Part shown: positions 27,295 to 36,388 of the stretch, piece after piece
Layout of the letters: the number at the start of each line of letters is the position of its first letter
How positions within the stretch are numbered: position 1 is the first letter of the stretch
Source: Candidatus Paceibacter sp.
GTDB taxonomy: Bacteria; Patescibacteriota; Patescibacteriia; Magasanikbacterales; UBA922
NCBI GenBank assembly: GCA_020725175.1
Contig: DYFM01000004.1
Location: forward strand, 20,015 to 84,014
Direction of reading: 5' to 3'
Length of the DNA stretch: 64,000 bases
Position numbers and translations under genes: made by a program
Notes under the pieces: model-generated
Database searches by the model: none
What the model saw: the letters and a program-made list of their open reading frames with translations, nothing else
Told to the model about the DNA's origin: nothing

Positions 27295-28020
27295 TCACTT
27301 CGTTCCTTCCATAATCTCTAACACATCGCTCGCCGACGCTTCACCAACAATTTCTTCATAGAGATTTAGATTATCAAGGTCGCGGAGGAGGAGCATGACG
27401 AAGATGACGGCAGTAGCAAAAATTCCTTTGAAGATTGCGTCAAGAATAGGAACCTCGGACAGTGGGAGTATTGAAAGGGTGCAGAGCATGAGAATGGCCA
27501 GAACATAAATGAGGAGCCATTGGAAAATTGGTATTCGTTCTTGCTTCATGGCAATCATGTGTTTTCGAACGGTTTGGACAATGGTAAGTTCGTTGAGTAT
27601 TTGTTGCAGTGAAAGAAATTGGAGATTACTCAATCGTTTTTTCCCAATTTCATCATGTATCACGCGATGGATAGAAGATACGGTTTCCGATTTATGGGTA
27701 AAGTGCCAATCCCAGGTTTTTTTGTTCAACATCGTTTGGTAGTGAGCTTCAATAATATCATGAATTTGGTGAGTAAATCGTTTTGAGATATGTCGACTTT
27801 CTCGAAAAATAGAAGTCATGGCACCGTCATATTGTGCAATGAGATCTCGGATGGTGGTGTATCGTTTTTCCTGTCGAGAAATAAAAAATCCGGTAAAAAT
27901 AGCAAATAAAAAACTCGCTACGGTCAAAAAGATCTCGTACGAGCCAATTTGATCAAACGCGAAAATGAAATATACAATTGCCAGAAGAATGAAGAGCGTG
28001 AGCGGAAAATATTTTTTCAT
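27295..28020 (-). CDS. Membrane protein, DUF4239/bestrophin-like
   Basis: Two N-terminal TMs (SFLFAIFTGF), a helical soluble region, two C-terminal TMs followed by LRDLDNL. Confidence 0.55.
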   Translation of the reverse strand: MKKYFPLTLFILLAIVYFIFAFDQIGSYEIFLTVASFLFAIFTGFFISRQEKRYTTIRDLIAQYDGAMTSIFRESRHISKRFTHQIHDIIEAHYQTMLNKKTWDWHFTHKSETVSSIHRVIHDEIGKKRLSNLQFLSLQQILNELTIVQTVRKHMIAMKQERIPIFQWLLIYVLAILMLCTLSILPLSEVPILDAIFKGIFATAVIFVMLLLRDLDNLNLYEEIVGEASASDVLEIMEGTK

Positions 28021-28100
28021 AGTGACAGGACTTTTATGAGTTGCTTTTAGTATAACATACTTTGATGTTTTCTAGGAGATGGTGATGGGGATAACAAAAT

Positions 28101-28230
28101 AAATTCCAAGATACAAGAAACAATTTCCAAACAAATTCCAAATAATAAATATTAATTTCCAAAATTGTTTGGTTTTTAAAGATTACATATTGGATATTGT
28201 TTGGAAATTGTAACTTGAAATTTGCGATTT
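28101..28230. repeat. Inverted pair of degenerate 7-bp arrays (ATTCCAA / TTGGAAT)
   Basis: aattccaagatacaagaaacaatttccaaacaaattccaa ... ttggatattgtttggaaattgtaacttgaaattt. Confidence 0.6.
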
Positions 28231-28243
28231 ACTGCCATGCAGT

Positions 28244-28816
28244 TTATTGTTTTCCCTCAATTCCGCCGAGGAGAACTAACGCAATCAAACCAAGACGGCG
28301 ATCGAGATTTTTTCCCGGATCTTGAGAAAAGTCAGCATCGATGGTGATGAGAAAGGGGTTGAAACGGTGTTTGAGTTGGCCAACAACTTGTCCTTGGTGA
28401 GTAACTGTATATGATTGCGGAATAAGGTTTGTGATGAAGCGACGAAGTAGCGCGAGTACCGTGCTATCTTCGATGAATTTCCCAATTTCCTGATCTTGAG
28501 CATCAAGAATGAGCCATTCATCTTTGAAGAGTGCGGCTTGAATACCTTTGCGTCGAAAAGCGCCAATTTTTTCATTTGATTTGCTGTCAAATACATCATA
28601 CACCGCATTGAGGTCAATGATTTGTCGAGCATGAATGCGCAGTAGTTCTTCGGTTTTCGATTTATTATTATATAGACGAATATCTTCACGTAGTTTGAAT
28701 GCTTTCATTTCTCCATAGAGTACCTCGGTATTTGTTTGGTCAAATATACGAAACTCAGCGCCGAAAAGTTTCCAGAATTTACGTTTGAGAGTGAATGTTT
28801 GGGAGTCGAAATTCAT
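28244..28816 (-). CDS. LURP-one/scramblase-like (Tubby C-terminal) protein
   Basis: KRKFWKLFGAEFRIFD, KAFKLREDIRLY, ARQIID..A.YDV, LDRRLG. Confidence 0.7.
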   Translation of the reverse strand: MNFDSQTFTLKRKFWKLFGAEFRIFDQTNTEVLYGEMKAFKLREDIRLYNNKSKTEELLRIHARQIIDLNAVYDVFDSKSNEKIGAFRRKGIQAALFKDEWLILDAQDQEIGKFIEDSTVLALLRRFITNLIPQSYTVTHQGQVVGQLKHRFNPFLITIDADFSQDPGKNLDRRLGLIALVLLGGIEGKQ

Positions 28817-28876
28817 AAGTCTAAAGTCTAAAGTAGTTGTATTGAATGGATTTTTTTTAGAGAAAACTTGCAGCAA

Positions 28877-29779
28877 TTATACGGTAAACGATGCAGTGCG
28901 GTCAAATCCTGAAAGATCTTTTTTGATGGTGACTGTTGCTTTTGGGAAGTAATTGGTGATGAGTGGTTTAATGAGTTCTGATTGGTCAGGATCGATTTCG
29001 AAGTAGCACATAACACGTATCACATAACACGTATCACCCGATAGCCATTCTTGGAGTTGTTTTAATAACTCTTCATATAAAGCCAGACCCTTGTTCTCAG
29101 CTACTAATGCGGATCTGGGTTCGTGTTGGATGCTTGGTTCAGATTGAAATTGTTCTGCTGTGAGGTAGGGAAGATTGGCGGTGATGAAAAGATGACAAGT
29201 TGGCAAGTTGGCAAGTTGGCAAGTGTTGATGAATGGTGTGAGGAGATTGCCGTGGAGGAAGGTGATTGGTGTGTTATGTTTAGCAGCGTTTTTTTGAGCA
29301 ACTTTAAGAGCTGGTTTGGAAATATCGGTGGCGTAGGTTGGAACTGTTACATTGTTATATTGCTGTATTGTTTTTTGGATTGATATGGGAATGCAACCGG
29401 AGCCGGTGCCGATGTCGATAAGGGTGATTCTATTCAACACCTCACCCCTGCCCTCTCCTAAAAGGAGAGGGGGTTGTTTGATTTGTTTGATTACTTCTTC
29501 TACTAGAATTTCTGTATCAGGTCGCGGAATAAGTGTGTGTTTATTGACCAAGAAATCAAGGCCAAAGAATTCTTTATGGCCGGTGAGGTAGGCGAGGGGA
29601 ATGCCTCGTTTTCGTTTTTTGGTAAGATAGCTAAAGTGAAGTGAGGTAAAAACCGAAACAGATTCTTTTTCGTGGATCAAAAGATACTCGCGGGGTTTTT
29701 TTAGTACATGCGCGAGGAGAAGTTCGGCATCAAGTCGGTCGATGTTGTTGGTTTGTTTGAGGAGGGTTTTGATAGTCAT
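28877..29779 (-). CDS. prmC: Release factor glutamine methyltransferase PrmC/HemK with four repeat-derived insertions
   Basis: LDAELLLAHVL, PLAYLTGHKEFFG, LIPRPDTE, DIGTGSGCI, ANLPY, HEP..AL, KDLSGFDR; near prfA. Confidence 0.93.
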   Translation of the reverse strand: MTIKTLLKQTNNIDRLDAELLLAHVLKKPREYLLIHEKESVSVFTSLHFSYLTKKRKRGIPLAYLTGHKEFFGLDFLVNKHTLIPRPDTEILVEEVIKQIKQPPLLLGEGRGEVLNRITLIDIGTGSGCIPISIQKTIQQYNNVTVPTYATDISKPALKVAQKNAAKHNTPITFLHGNLLTPFINTCQLANLPTCHLFITANLPYLTAEQFQSEPSIQHEPRSALVAENKGLALYEELLKQLQEWLSGDTCYVIRVMCYFEIDPDQSELIKPLITNYFPKATVTIKKDLSGFDRTASFTV

Positions 29780-29858
29780 GGGAGAAGGGAAGTGTAGTTG
29801 ATATGAGAAACAAGCTTAGGTTACGCTGTTGTGATGCAATGCTCTCTGAACAGCATAC

Positions 29859-29917
29859 TTGACAAAATGTAAAAAGTATTTTACTCTAAAATGAGAATTA
29901 AGTAAAACTTGTTTTAC
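29859..29917 (+). promoter_or_regulatory. Sigma70 promoter with two palindromic operators for the XRE regulator
   Basis: TTGACA(29859)-17 bp-TACTCT(29882); GTAAAA-N4-TTTTAC at 29869-29884 and 29902-29917. Confidence 0.75.
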
Positions 29918-29919
29918 AT

Positions 29920-30123
29920 ATGCCGATAATCATCAGTAATCTGAAAGAATTGCGAACGGCGAAAAAAATGACGCAAGAAGAGTTGGCGAAGATATTGGGG
30001 GTAACACGACAAACGATAAATGCTATAGAACAGGGAAAATATCAGCCCACGTTGTTTCTGGCGTATAAATGCGCCGAGTTGTTTCATGTCAAAATTGAAG
30101 ATATTTTTCGTTTTATTCCATAA
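29920..30123 (+). CDS. XRE/Cro-C1 helix-turn-helix transcriptional regulator
   Basis: LKELR..KKMTQEELAKILGVTRQTINAIEQGKYQPTL. Confidence 0.92.
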   Translation: MPIIISNLKELRTAKKMTQEELAKILGVTRQTINAIEQGKYQPTLFLAYKCAELFHVKIEDIFRFIP

Positions 30124-30132
30124 TACATACGT

Positions 30133-31056
30133 ATGAATAATCTTTTTTGGTTTTTACATAAGCCGGTGGATGAACGGGAGAGGTTGTTATATCTCAGAGC
30201 TTATCAGAGAGTGTTGGGCTTTTGGTCATTGTTGTTATTGGTGGGCTTTGTTCTTTTTTCTGTTCCGGTATTTGGGAAAGAACTTACGCTACGGCCAAAA
30301 ATGATCGCGCTCGGTATTGAATTGTTGCTATATATTTCAGTTATCGTGGGTTGGACGGCACTACGGAAAGACGAGTTAGAAATTCAGACAGCTCCCGAGA
30401 AAGAAGTTCGACCAAAGATTTCTACTCTAGTTGCCACATATCTTCTGATCTTAGTAAATACTGTTCTTGTTCTTCGGCTTTTTCCGCAGTACTATCTCTT
30501 CATTCTTTTTATCGCAGTGTTTGGTGGGTGGGCGATATATATCTTGTATGCGTGGCGAGCGTCTCGACACATGTTACTGCCGATTCGAATACTTCTTTGT
30601 TGTACTGTGCCAATAATCGTACTGGTGTATGTTCACATGTCTCACCGAACTTCGGTCGTAGTTCGTGTTATTAAAAGTTTATTGGTGAGTTGGGTGCTAC
30701 TATTTGTTATTGCAATTTCATCTGCGGTTGGTATCACTCTGGGAGGAACCAGTTCCTATTATATTCAAACCGATCACTTCGCGCCAGATGTTCCCAAGCA
30801 AAGTCGCGTATTTGCTACGAGATCGTTTCAAGAGCTTGTTCCGGGTGATTACGTCATATACCTGCATTATCAAGACGAATCTGGACGACCAACACTAGGA
30901 AAAGTATTATCTCAAGAAGGTGAGGAGATAACTATTGAGCATTCAACCGGTGAAGAAACAGTTTCAGTGGAGCGCATAATAGCAAAAGTGATTGAGTTGA
31001 AAGGATTGCGTTGGGAAAAAATGGAGCGGTTTCTTACGAGTGTGTGGACGGAATAA
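30133..31056 (+). CDS. Membrane protein with DUF2178-like DERE motif and degenerate S26/S24-like C-terminal domain
   Basis: VDERER...RAY, about 7 TMs, then IQTDHFAP...GDYVIY...GKV; cotranscribed with the XRE gene. Confidence 0.55.
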   Translation: MNNLFWFLHKPVDERERLLYLRAYQRVLGFWSLLLLVGFVLFSVPVFGKELTLRPKMIALGIELLLYISVIVGWTALRKDELEIQTAPEKEVRPKISTLVATYLLILVNTVLVLRLFPQYYLFILFIAVFGGWAIYILYAWRASRHMLLPIRILLCCTVPIIVLVYVHMSHRTSVVVRVIKSLLVSWVLLFVIAISSAVGITLGGTSSYYIQTDHFAPDVPKQSRVFATRSFQELVPGDYVIYLHYQDESGRPTLGKVLSQEGEEITIEHSTGEETVSVERIIAKVIELKGLRWEKMERFLTSVWTE

Positions 31057-31079
31057 AAGCTTGATGAATTATTATACTT

Positions 31080-31559
31080 CTACTTTTTTGAAAGTAGTGG
31101 ACACAATTTATGAATTACATCATCAGTTTTCAGATTGGTGGTGTCAAACAGATTTGTTGTTTTTACCCTCATTACCATATCATAGACATACCTGGTAGCA
31201 TCTTCGCCATATGACTTTTTTCGTTCAGCGTCTCTCTGTATACAGCTTTCAATATCACAGGTAAGGGTAATGATTATGTGGTCATTTGGAAACTGGCGTA
31301 TTAAATCATCTAATTGTTTTTGGTAGTAAAAGTTGCCGTCAACGATTGTGGGTGTATTATGTTGGCGAATCTGATTTACAATGACTTTATTTGCTTTGAG
31401 AAAGTGTTCTACGGGGATTCCATTTGTTGTATCTAGATGAAGTTGATCCAGGACCTCATCAACCGAAATGTATTCGACAGAATGTATTTCAGCGAGACGT
31501 TTGGCAATGGTTGTTTTTCCGACACCAAGTGGACCGCGGATGATGGTAAGAGTGTTCAT
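31080..31559 (-). CDS. P-loop kinase (AAA_33/AAA_18-like)
   Basis: IIRGPLGVGKTT, ISVD, IVDG, CIQRD.ER. Confidence 0.8.
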   Translation of the reverse strand: MNTLTIIRGPLGVGKTTIAKRLAEIHSVEYISVDEVLDQLHLDTTNGIPVEHFLKANKVIVNQIRQHNTPTIVDGNFYYQKQLDDLIRQFPNDHIIITLTCDIESCIQRDAERKKSYGEDATRYVYDMVMRVKTTNLFDTTNLKTDDVIHKLCPLLSKK

Positions 31560-31571
31560 GGTGAGTGGTTT

Positions 31572-31595
31572 TCAGGCCTAAAGGCCTGAGTTACA
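31572..31595. repeat. REP-like 24-bp palindrome, copy 2
   Basis: tcaggcct-aa-aggcctga followed by gttaca. Confidence 0.6.
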
Positions 31596-31658
31596 GGGTG
31601 ATTATTCTTGTACCTTTACCAATTTTGTTACAGATTCATGGCATTTGTTCTTCGGTGC

Positions 31659-31700
31659 AACCTATCCCCCCGTCCCCCTTTCCTTAAAAAGGAAAGGGGG
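31659..31700. repeat. REP-like C-rich hairpin of the rlmN/prmC family, directly downstream of prfA
   Basis: aacctatccccccgtccccctttccttaaaaaggaaaggggg. Confidence 0.6.
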
Positions 31701-31725
31701 AGGTTGGTATTTGATTTTTGATTTA

Positions 31726-32790
31726 TTATTTTTCACCTTCCATCTTTTCATAATCTGCTGCCCGTAGTTTTTCAATGACGTCAAATAAATCTCCATTCAA
31801 AATATTCTCAATGGTATTCCAGCTTTCGTGAATTCGGTGATCAGTAATACGATCTTGGGGAAAGTTGTAGGTACGGATTTTTTCACTGCGATCACCGGTT
31901 CCAATCTGACTCTTTCGTTTGGCGTCGAGGGCGGATTGTTGTTTTTCCTGGTTAGCTTCAAAAAGACGAGCGCGCAGAACGTTCATCGCTTTAATTTTGT
32001 TTTGTAATTGACTGCGCTCATCCTGACACTGAGCTACTACGCCGGTAGGAATATGGGTAATTCGTACGGCACTTTTTGTTGTGTTTACACTTTGACCGCC
32101 TTTTCCTCCGGCACAAAAGGTATCAATCCTGAGATCGTTGGGATTAATGTCAAGTTCCGTTTCTTCAATTTCCGGCAGGACGGCGACACTAGCGGTGGAA
32201 GTGTGAATGCGTCCGGCTTTTTCGGTTTCCGGTACACGCTGCACTCGATGAACTCCCATTTCATACTTCATGTCTTTGTATACGTTACTGCCTTTGATAG
32301 CAAATATCACTTCTTTGTACCCACCAATACCAATTTGATGTTCATCGATGAGTTCGGTTTTCCATCCTTTTTTATCAGCATACTTCATGTACATTCGCAT
32401 GAGGTCGCCGGCAAAGAGGGCTGCTTCATCACCACCGGCTCCGGCCCGGATTTCCACAATGACATCTTTTTTATCATGTGGATCGGTCGGCATGGTGTCA
32501 AACTTGAGTTCGGTTTCGAGTGCTTCTTTTTTTTGGCCCAGCTCTTCAATGTCAGATTCAATCATCTGTTTCATGTCAGTCTCTTGTTCGGTTTCTAAGA
32601 GCTGTCTATTTTCCTCAAGTTGTTTTTCAGTTGTTTCGAGTGAAACAATTTTTTCGTACACCGGTTTGAGTTCAGAAAATTCTTGCGAGACGGTTTTTAG
32701 TTTATTCTGATCAGCAATAACTTGAGGGTCTTGGAGATCCTGTTCGAGTTTGAGGAATTTCGTTTTGAGGTCGAGGTATTTTTGTAACAT
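31726..32790 (-). CDS. prfA: Peptide chain release factor 1
   Basis: [21 protein letters not shown] (PxT), [20 protein letters not shown]. Confidence 0.96.
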   Translation of the reverse strand: MLQKYLDLKTKFLKLEQDLQDPQVIADQNKLKTVSQEFSELKPVYEKIVSLETTEKQLEENRQLLETEQETDMKQMIESDIEELGQKKEALETELKFDTMPTDPHDKKDVIVEIRAGAGGDEAALFAGDLMRMYMKYADKKGWKTELIDEHQIGIGGYKEVIFAIKGSNVYKDMKYEMGVHRVQRVPETEKAGRIHTSTASVAVLPEIEETELDINPNDLRIDTFCAGGKGGQSVNTTKSAVRITHIPTGVVAQCQDERSQLQNKIKAMNVLRARLFEANQEKQQSALDAKRKSQIGTGDRSEKIRTYNFPQDRITDHRIHESWNTIENILNGDLFDVIEKLRAADYEKMEGEK

Positions 32791-32814
32791 ACAAATAGAT
32801 ACTTTACAGATTGC

Positions 32815-32858
32815 TCTACCCCCACCTCCACTCAAGGTAGGTAAACAAGGTGGATAGG
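32815..32858. repeat. Nested palindromic repeat, degenerate 2-3 layers
   Basis: tctacc cccacc tccact | caaggtaggtaaa caaggtggatagg. Confidence 0.6.
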
Positions 32859-32886
32859 TGATAATACAAAGGTAGAGATGATTGAT

Positions 32887-33015
32887 CGAAATAACGAAAT
32901 AAAGAAATAGCGAAATTTTGCAATAAAGAATGGTGTACGATTTATTTCTTCATTTCTTTGTTTCGTTATTTCGAAAAACAAATATCCGTAACTTCGTATT
33001 ATCCGTAATCCGTAA
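32887..33015. repeat. Inverted pair of 8-bp arrays (CGAAATAA) plus an ATCCGTAA-type array
   Basis: cgaaataa cgaaataa agaaatag cgaaattt ... catttctttgtttcgttatttcg ... atccgtaacttcgtattatccgtaatccgtaa. Confidence 0.6.
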
Positions 33016-33067
33016 GGCTAATAAAAAGCAGACCAGAAAACCGGCCTGCTTGTGAAGATGTACATCG

Positions 33068-33352
33068 CTATTTTGTTTCGTCTGCTTTGGCTTTTTTGTT
33101 GGCAGCTTTCGCGGCTCGTTTATCTTTTTTGCTTCGTACAGCTGTTTTAGCTTGGGCTTTGGCAAGTTTTTCTTCAAATTTTTCTACTCGGCGCGCAGTG
33201 TCAACAAACTTTTGTTTTCCGGTGTAAAACGGATGGCACTGATTGCAAAGCTCAACACGCAGTTCGTCTTTTGTTGAACCGGTTTCAAATGAGTTCCCGC
33301 AGGCGCAGGTAACCGTAATCTGATGATAGGTCGGATGGATTTGTTGCTTCAT
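33068..33352 (-). CDS. rpmE: 50S ribosomal protein L31 (Zn-binding type) with basic C-terminal tail
   Basis: [16 protein letters not shown]...[26 protein letters not shown]. Confidence 0.96.
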   Translation of the reverse strand: MKQQIHPTYHQITVTCACGNSFETGSTKDELRVELCNQCHPFYTGKQKFVDTARRVEKFEEKLAKAQAKTAVRSKKDKRAAKAANKKAKADETK

Positions 33353-33382
33353 AAAAGTGAGTAACGCTTGTAAAACGTGATG

Positions 33383-33411
33383 AGTATAGCATGGGTCGGA
33401 AGTTTTGTCAA
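33383..33411 (-). promoter_or_regulatory. Near-consensus sigma70 promoter for rpmE(-prfA)
   Basis: Minus strand TTGACA-17 bp-(TGc)TATACT. Confidence 0.75.
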
Positions 33412-33582
33412 TGGCCATTGTTTGGAACGTTTGGAGCACTGTCTAGTGGATAGTTTTCCATGATTAATTTGATAAATATCAGTTATTCTAGCAAAAATTA
33501 TCCACCATATTGACTTTTGTTGATTTTTCATGGTATACTGCTAGCGTTTTATTTTCAAGGACAGCCTTGTATTGACTCTTGT

Positions 33583-33801
33583 ATGATTTACGCATTGACT
33601 ATCGTTCAGGTAATTATCGCCGTACTTTTAACGATTGCTATTTTGTTGCAACAAAAGAGTGGAGGGCTCGGAGCGGCATTTGGTGGCTCTACTACGGTAT
33701 ATACTACCAAACGGGGAGCTGATCTTATCTTATTTAAGGCAACAATCGTGTTGTCTGTCCTCTTTTTTGGCTTGGCCTTGGTCAATGTTATTTTGGCGTA
33801 A
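33583..33801 (+). CDS. secG: Preprotein translocase subunit SecG
   Basis: ILLQQKSGGLGAAFGG...TKRGAD, two TMs; upstream TTGACT-18 bp-TATACT promoter. Confidence 0.93.
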   Translation: MIYALTIVQVIIAVLLTIAILLQQKSGGLGAAFGGSTTVYTTKRGADLILFKATIVLSVLFFGLALVNVILA

Positions 33802-33944
33802 TTGACCACATCCACCTTCATCACGGACGAGAAAATATTTCTCATATATAATTAAAGAATACCCAACCTATTTGTATACCCAATAGTAGTTGGTGTATAT
33901 CCGTGATTTTGCGTCTATTATCGATAGGGTAACTATACTCTCTT

Positions 33945-35990
33945 GTGCGTTTCTCATCTTTTTTGGGGTGGTTTCGACGGCTCATAACACGCCGTCGGCC
34001 ATCTCCGCTTATCTCTCATACCAAAGACCTCCATCTCGTGCGTCGTTTGCGTGGTCGAACCATGCCTACCTGGACTCAGTGGTTGCATGTTGGGCTCATT
34101 CTTTCACGGACAGAACGATTGTTTTTTCGTATTGGTGTAGGAATGTTTGCTATGGGTATTGTGTGGCTCGGTATTGTTGGGGTGGGATATGCCATGGAAC
34201 GCGCCCCGCAAGTCGGCGGAGAATATATTGAAGCAATTGTTGGTTCGCCGGAATTTATCAATCCGCTTTTTGCGCCGGCCAATGATGTGGATCGTGATAT
34301 CAGTAGCCTCGTGTTTTCCGGGCTGATGCAATATGATAAGGATCAGCGATTGATTCCGGATTTAGCAGTGAATTATTCCGTAAGCGATGACAAAAAAATG
34401 TATACATTTACGTTGAGAGAAGATGTGGTTTGGCATGATCAAGAACCCTTTACCGCCGAGGATGTGGTCTATACGATCGAAACGATTCAGAATCCAAATG
34501 TCAATAGTCCACTTAGGGCAAGTTTTGAAGGAATTACTGTTGAGGCATTGGATGATCACACGGTACAGTTTACGTTACCAGAAGTCTTTGCACCGTTTTT
34601 ATCCAGCCTTACTGTTGGTATGTTACCTGAACATGTGTGGTCTGAGGTTACTCCGGAAAATATTCGTCTTCGCAAGGAAAATCTCCAACCTATCGGTACG
34701 GGACCATATGCTTTTGATACCTTTATCAAGGACGAAAGTGGTTTTATTGTAAAATACTCCCTCAAGCGGTTTGAACGGTACTATCAACAGGTACCATATA
34801 TCCAGACATTCTCGTTTCGTTTTTATGCTGAATATGATAATCGAACCGGTGCAATCGTGGCTCTAAAAGAAGGAAAAGCCGATGGAATTCACTTTGTTCC
34901 ATATGAGTTTCGCTCAGCGGTAGAACGAAAACATATCGCACTGCATACGCTTCAGTTGCCTCAATACACCGCGCTATTTTTGAACCAAGGATCACAAACG
35001 TTGTTGGGGCAAGTTTCAGTGCGTCAGGCATTGACTCAGGCAGTAGACAAAGAACGATTGGTAAAAGAAGTATTAAAAGGAGAGGGGCAAATTATTGATG
35101 GACCGGTTTTGCCAGGATACCCCGGGTATTCAAGTGAAATTGGTGTATCAACTTATTCAGTAGAGGAAGCGAATACACTGCTTGATAAAGATTGGGAGCG
35201 CATGAGCTCCGAAACATTTCGAGCAGAACGGCGCGCGGAGCTTATGAAAAATTGGGAAACGCAAATTGAAGCTGCGAAAGAGCAAGCTATCGCTGAAGCC
35301 GCCGCCGCTGATGCCGAAGAAAGCACAACGAGTACCCCAGCTACTACTGCTCCTGTTTCCATACCTGATTTTGATGAAGCGGCACTGAGATTTGAAGCTG
35401 AAAGACAAGTTGATGAGCAGCTGAGTCAGGAATTGCATGCCGCGCAAACGTTTTACCGAAAAAATAAAGAAGGCAAAATATTGGAACTAACTATTACTAC
35501 TGTAGGTACATTGCAATACAAAAAGGCCGCGGAACTCGTAGCCGGTTTTTGGCAGGATATAGGAGTAAAAGTCAATCTACGATTTTTAACTCCAAAAGAA
35601 ATTGATCGAGAAGTTTTGAAACAGCGAGCGTATGATGTGCTATTGTACGGTGCGATTATTGGTGGAGATCCAGATCAATATCCCTTGTGGCACTCAAGTC
35701 AAGCCAACTATCCGGGGTTGAATTTGGCCGGATACAAAAATAGAAATGTTGACGCGCTCCTTGAAAAAGCCCGAGAGGTGACCGATGAACAAGAGTTGTC
35801 AAATATATATAAAGAGTTTCAGGAATATGTAGCCAAAGATCGTCCGGCAATTTTTCTTTACATGCCAACCTATACGTATGCAATGGGGGATGATGTATAT
35901 GGATTTGATGTTGATAGAATTTTTACTCCATCGGATCGGTTTGCCAATGTGTCTGAATGGTATGTTAAGACCAGAATAAAGTGGAGATAA
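33945..35990 (+). CDS. Peptide ABC transporter substrate-binding protein (OppA/SBP_bac_5), membrane-anchored
   Basis: GGEYIEAIVGSP..INP, LVFSGL, PDLA, WHD.EPFTAEDV, PIGTGPY; acidic Ala/Thr-rich insertion of ~80 aa. Confidence 0.9.
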   Translation: MRFSSFLGWFRRLITRRRPSPLISHTKDLHLVRRLRGRTMPTWTQWLHVGLILSRTERLFFRIGVGMFAMGIVWLGIVGVGYAMERAPQVGGEYIEAIVGSPEFINPLFAPANDVDRDISSLVFSGLMQYDKDQRLIPDLAVNYSVSDDKKMYTFTLREDVVWHDQEPFTAEDVVYTIETIQNPNVNSPLRASFEGITVEALDDHTVQFTLPEVFAPFLSSLTVGMLPEHVWSEVTPENIRLRKENLQPIGTGPYAFDTFIKDESGFIVKYSLKRFERYYQQVPYIQTFSFRFYAEYDNRTGAIVALKEGKADGIHFVPYEFRSAVERKHIALHTLQLPQYTALFLNQGSQTLLGQVSVRQALTQAVDKERLVKEVLKGEGQIIDGPVLPGYPGYSSEIGVSTYSVEEANTLLDKDWERMSSETFRAERRAELMKNWETQIEAAKEQAIAEAAAADAEESTTSTPATTAPVSIPDFDEAALRFEAERQVDEQLSQELHAAQTFYRKNKEGKILELTITTVGTLQYKKAAELVAGFWQDIGVKVNLRFLTPKEIDREVLKQRAYDVLLYGAIIGGDPDQYPLWHSSQANYPGLNLAGYKNRNVDALLEKAREVTDEQELSNIYKEFQEYVAKDRPAIFLYMPTYTYAMGDDVYGFDVDRIFTPSDRFANVSEWYVKTRIKWR

Positions 35991-36014
35991 AAAAAGCATT
36001 CCCTAAAGGTGAGG

Positions 36015-36096
36015 GCCGATGTGGTGAAACTGGTAGACACGCACGCTTCAGGTGCGTGTGTCGCGAGACATGTGGGTTCGAGTCCCACCATCGGCA
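36015..36096 (+). tRNA. tRNA-Leu (CAG)
   Basis: GCCGATGTGGTGAAACTGGTAGACACGCACGCTT-CAG-GTGCGTG, variable arm, GGTTCGAGTCC; CCA not encoded. Confidence 0.95.
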
Positions 36097-36388
36097 CTGA
36101 TCTTTGGGGGAGAAATCTCTCTGTTCAGAATATCTCATTTGCCAGAGTCATTTCTATTGGTTACGATAGAAAGAGATGGTATGAGGTGTATTGAGGAGAT
36201 AGTTGTCTCAGACCAACCGTTTTGGGGTGGTAACGCGTTTCTTCTTCTTTGCGTTCCTACTTTTGTCAATTCAGTGTGTTGGTATGACTCACAATTATGG
36301 CGGATGTACCTGAACCATCTTCAGTGTAGCCGCGTTGCTTGTGTTCTCTTCGAGCAGCACTTTTTATATCTTAAAGAGATAAAAATGT

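Noticed and set aside
35870-36194. Short ORFs overlapping 36015-36096
   Set aside because: Shadow translations of tRNA-Leu
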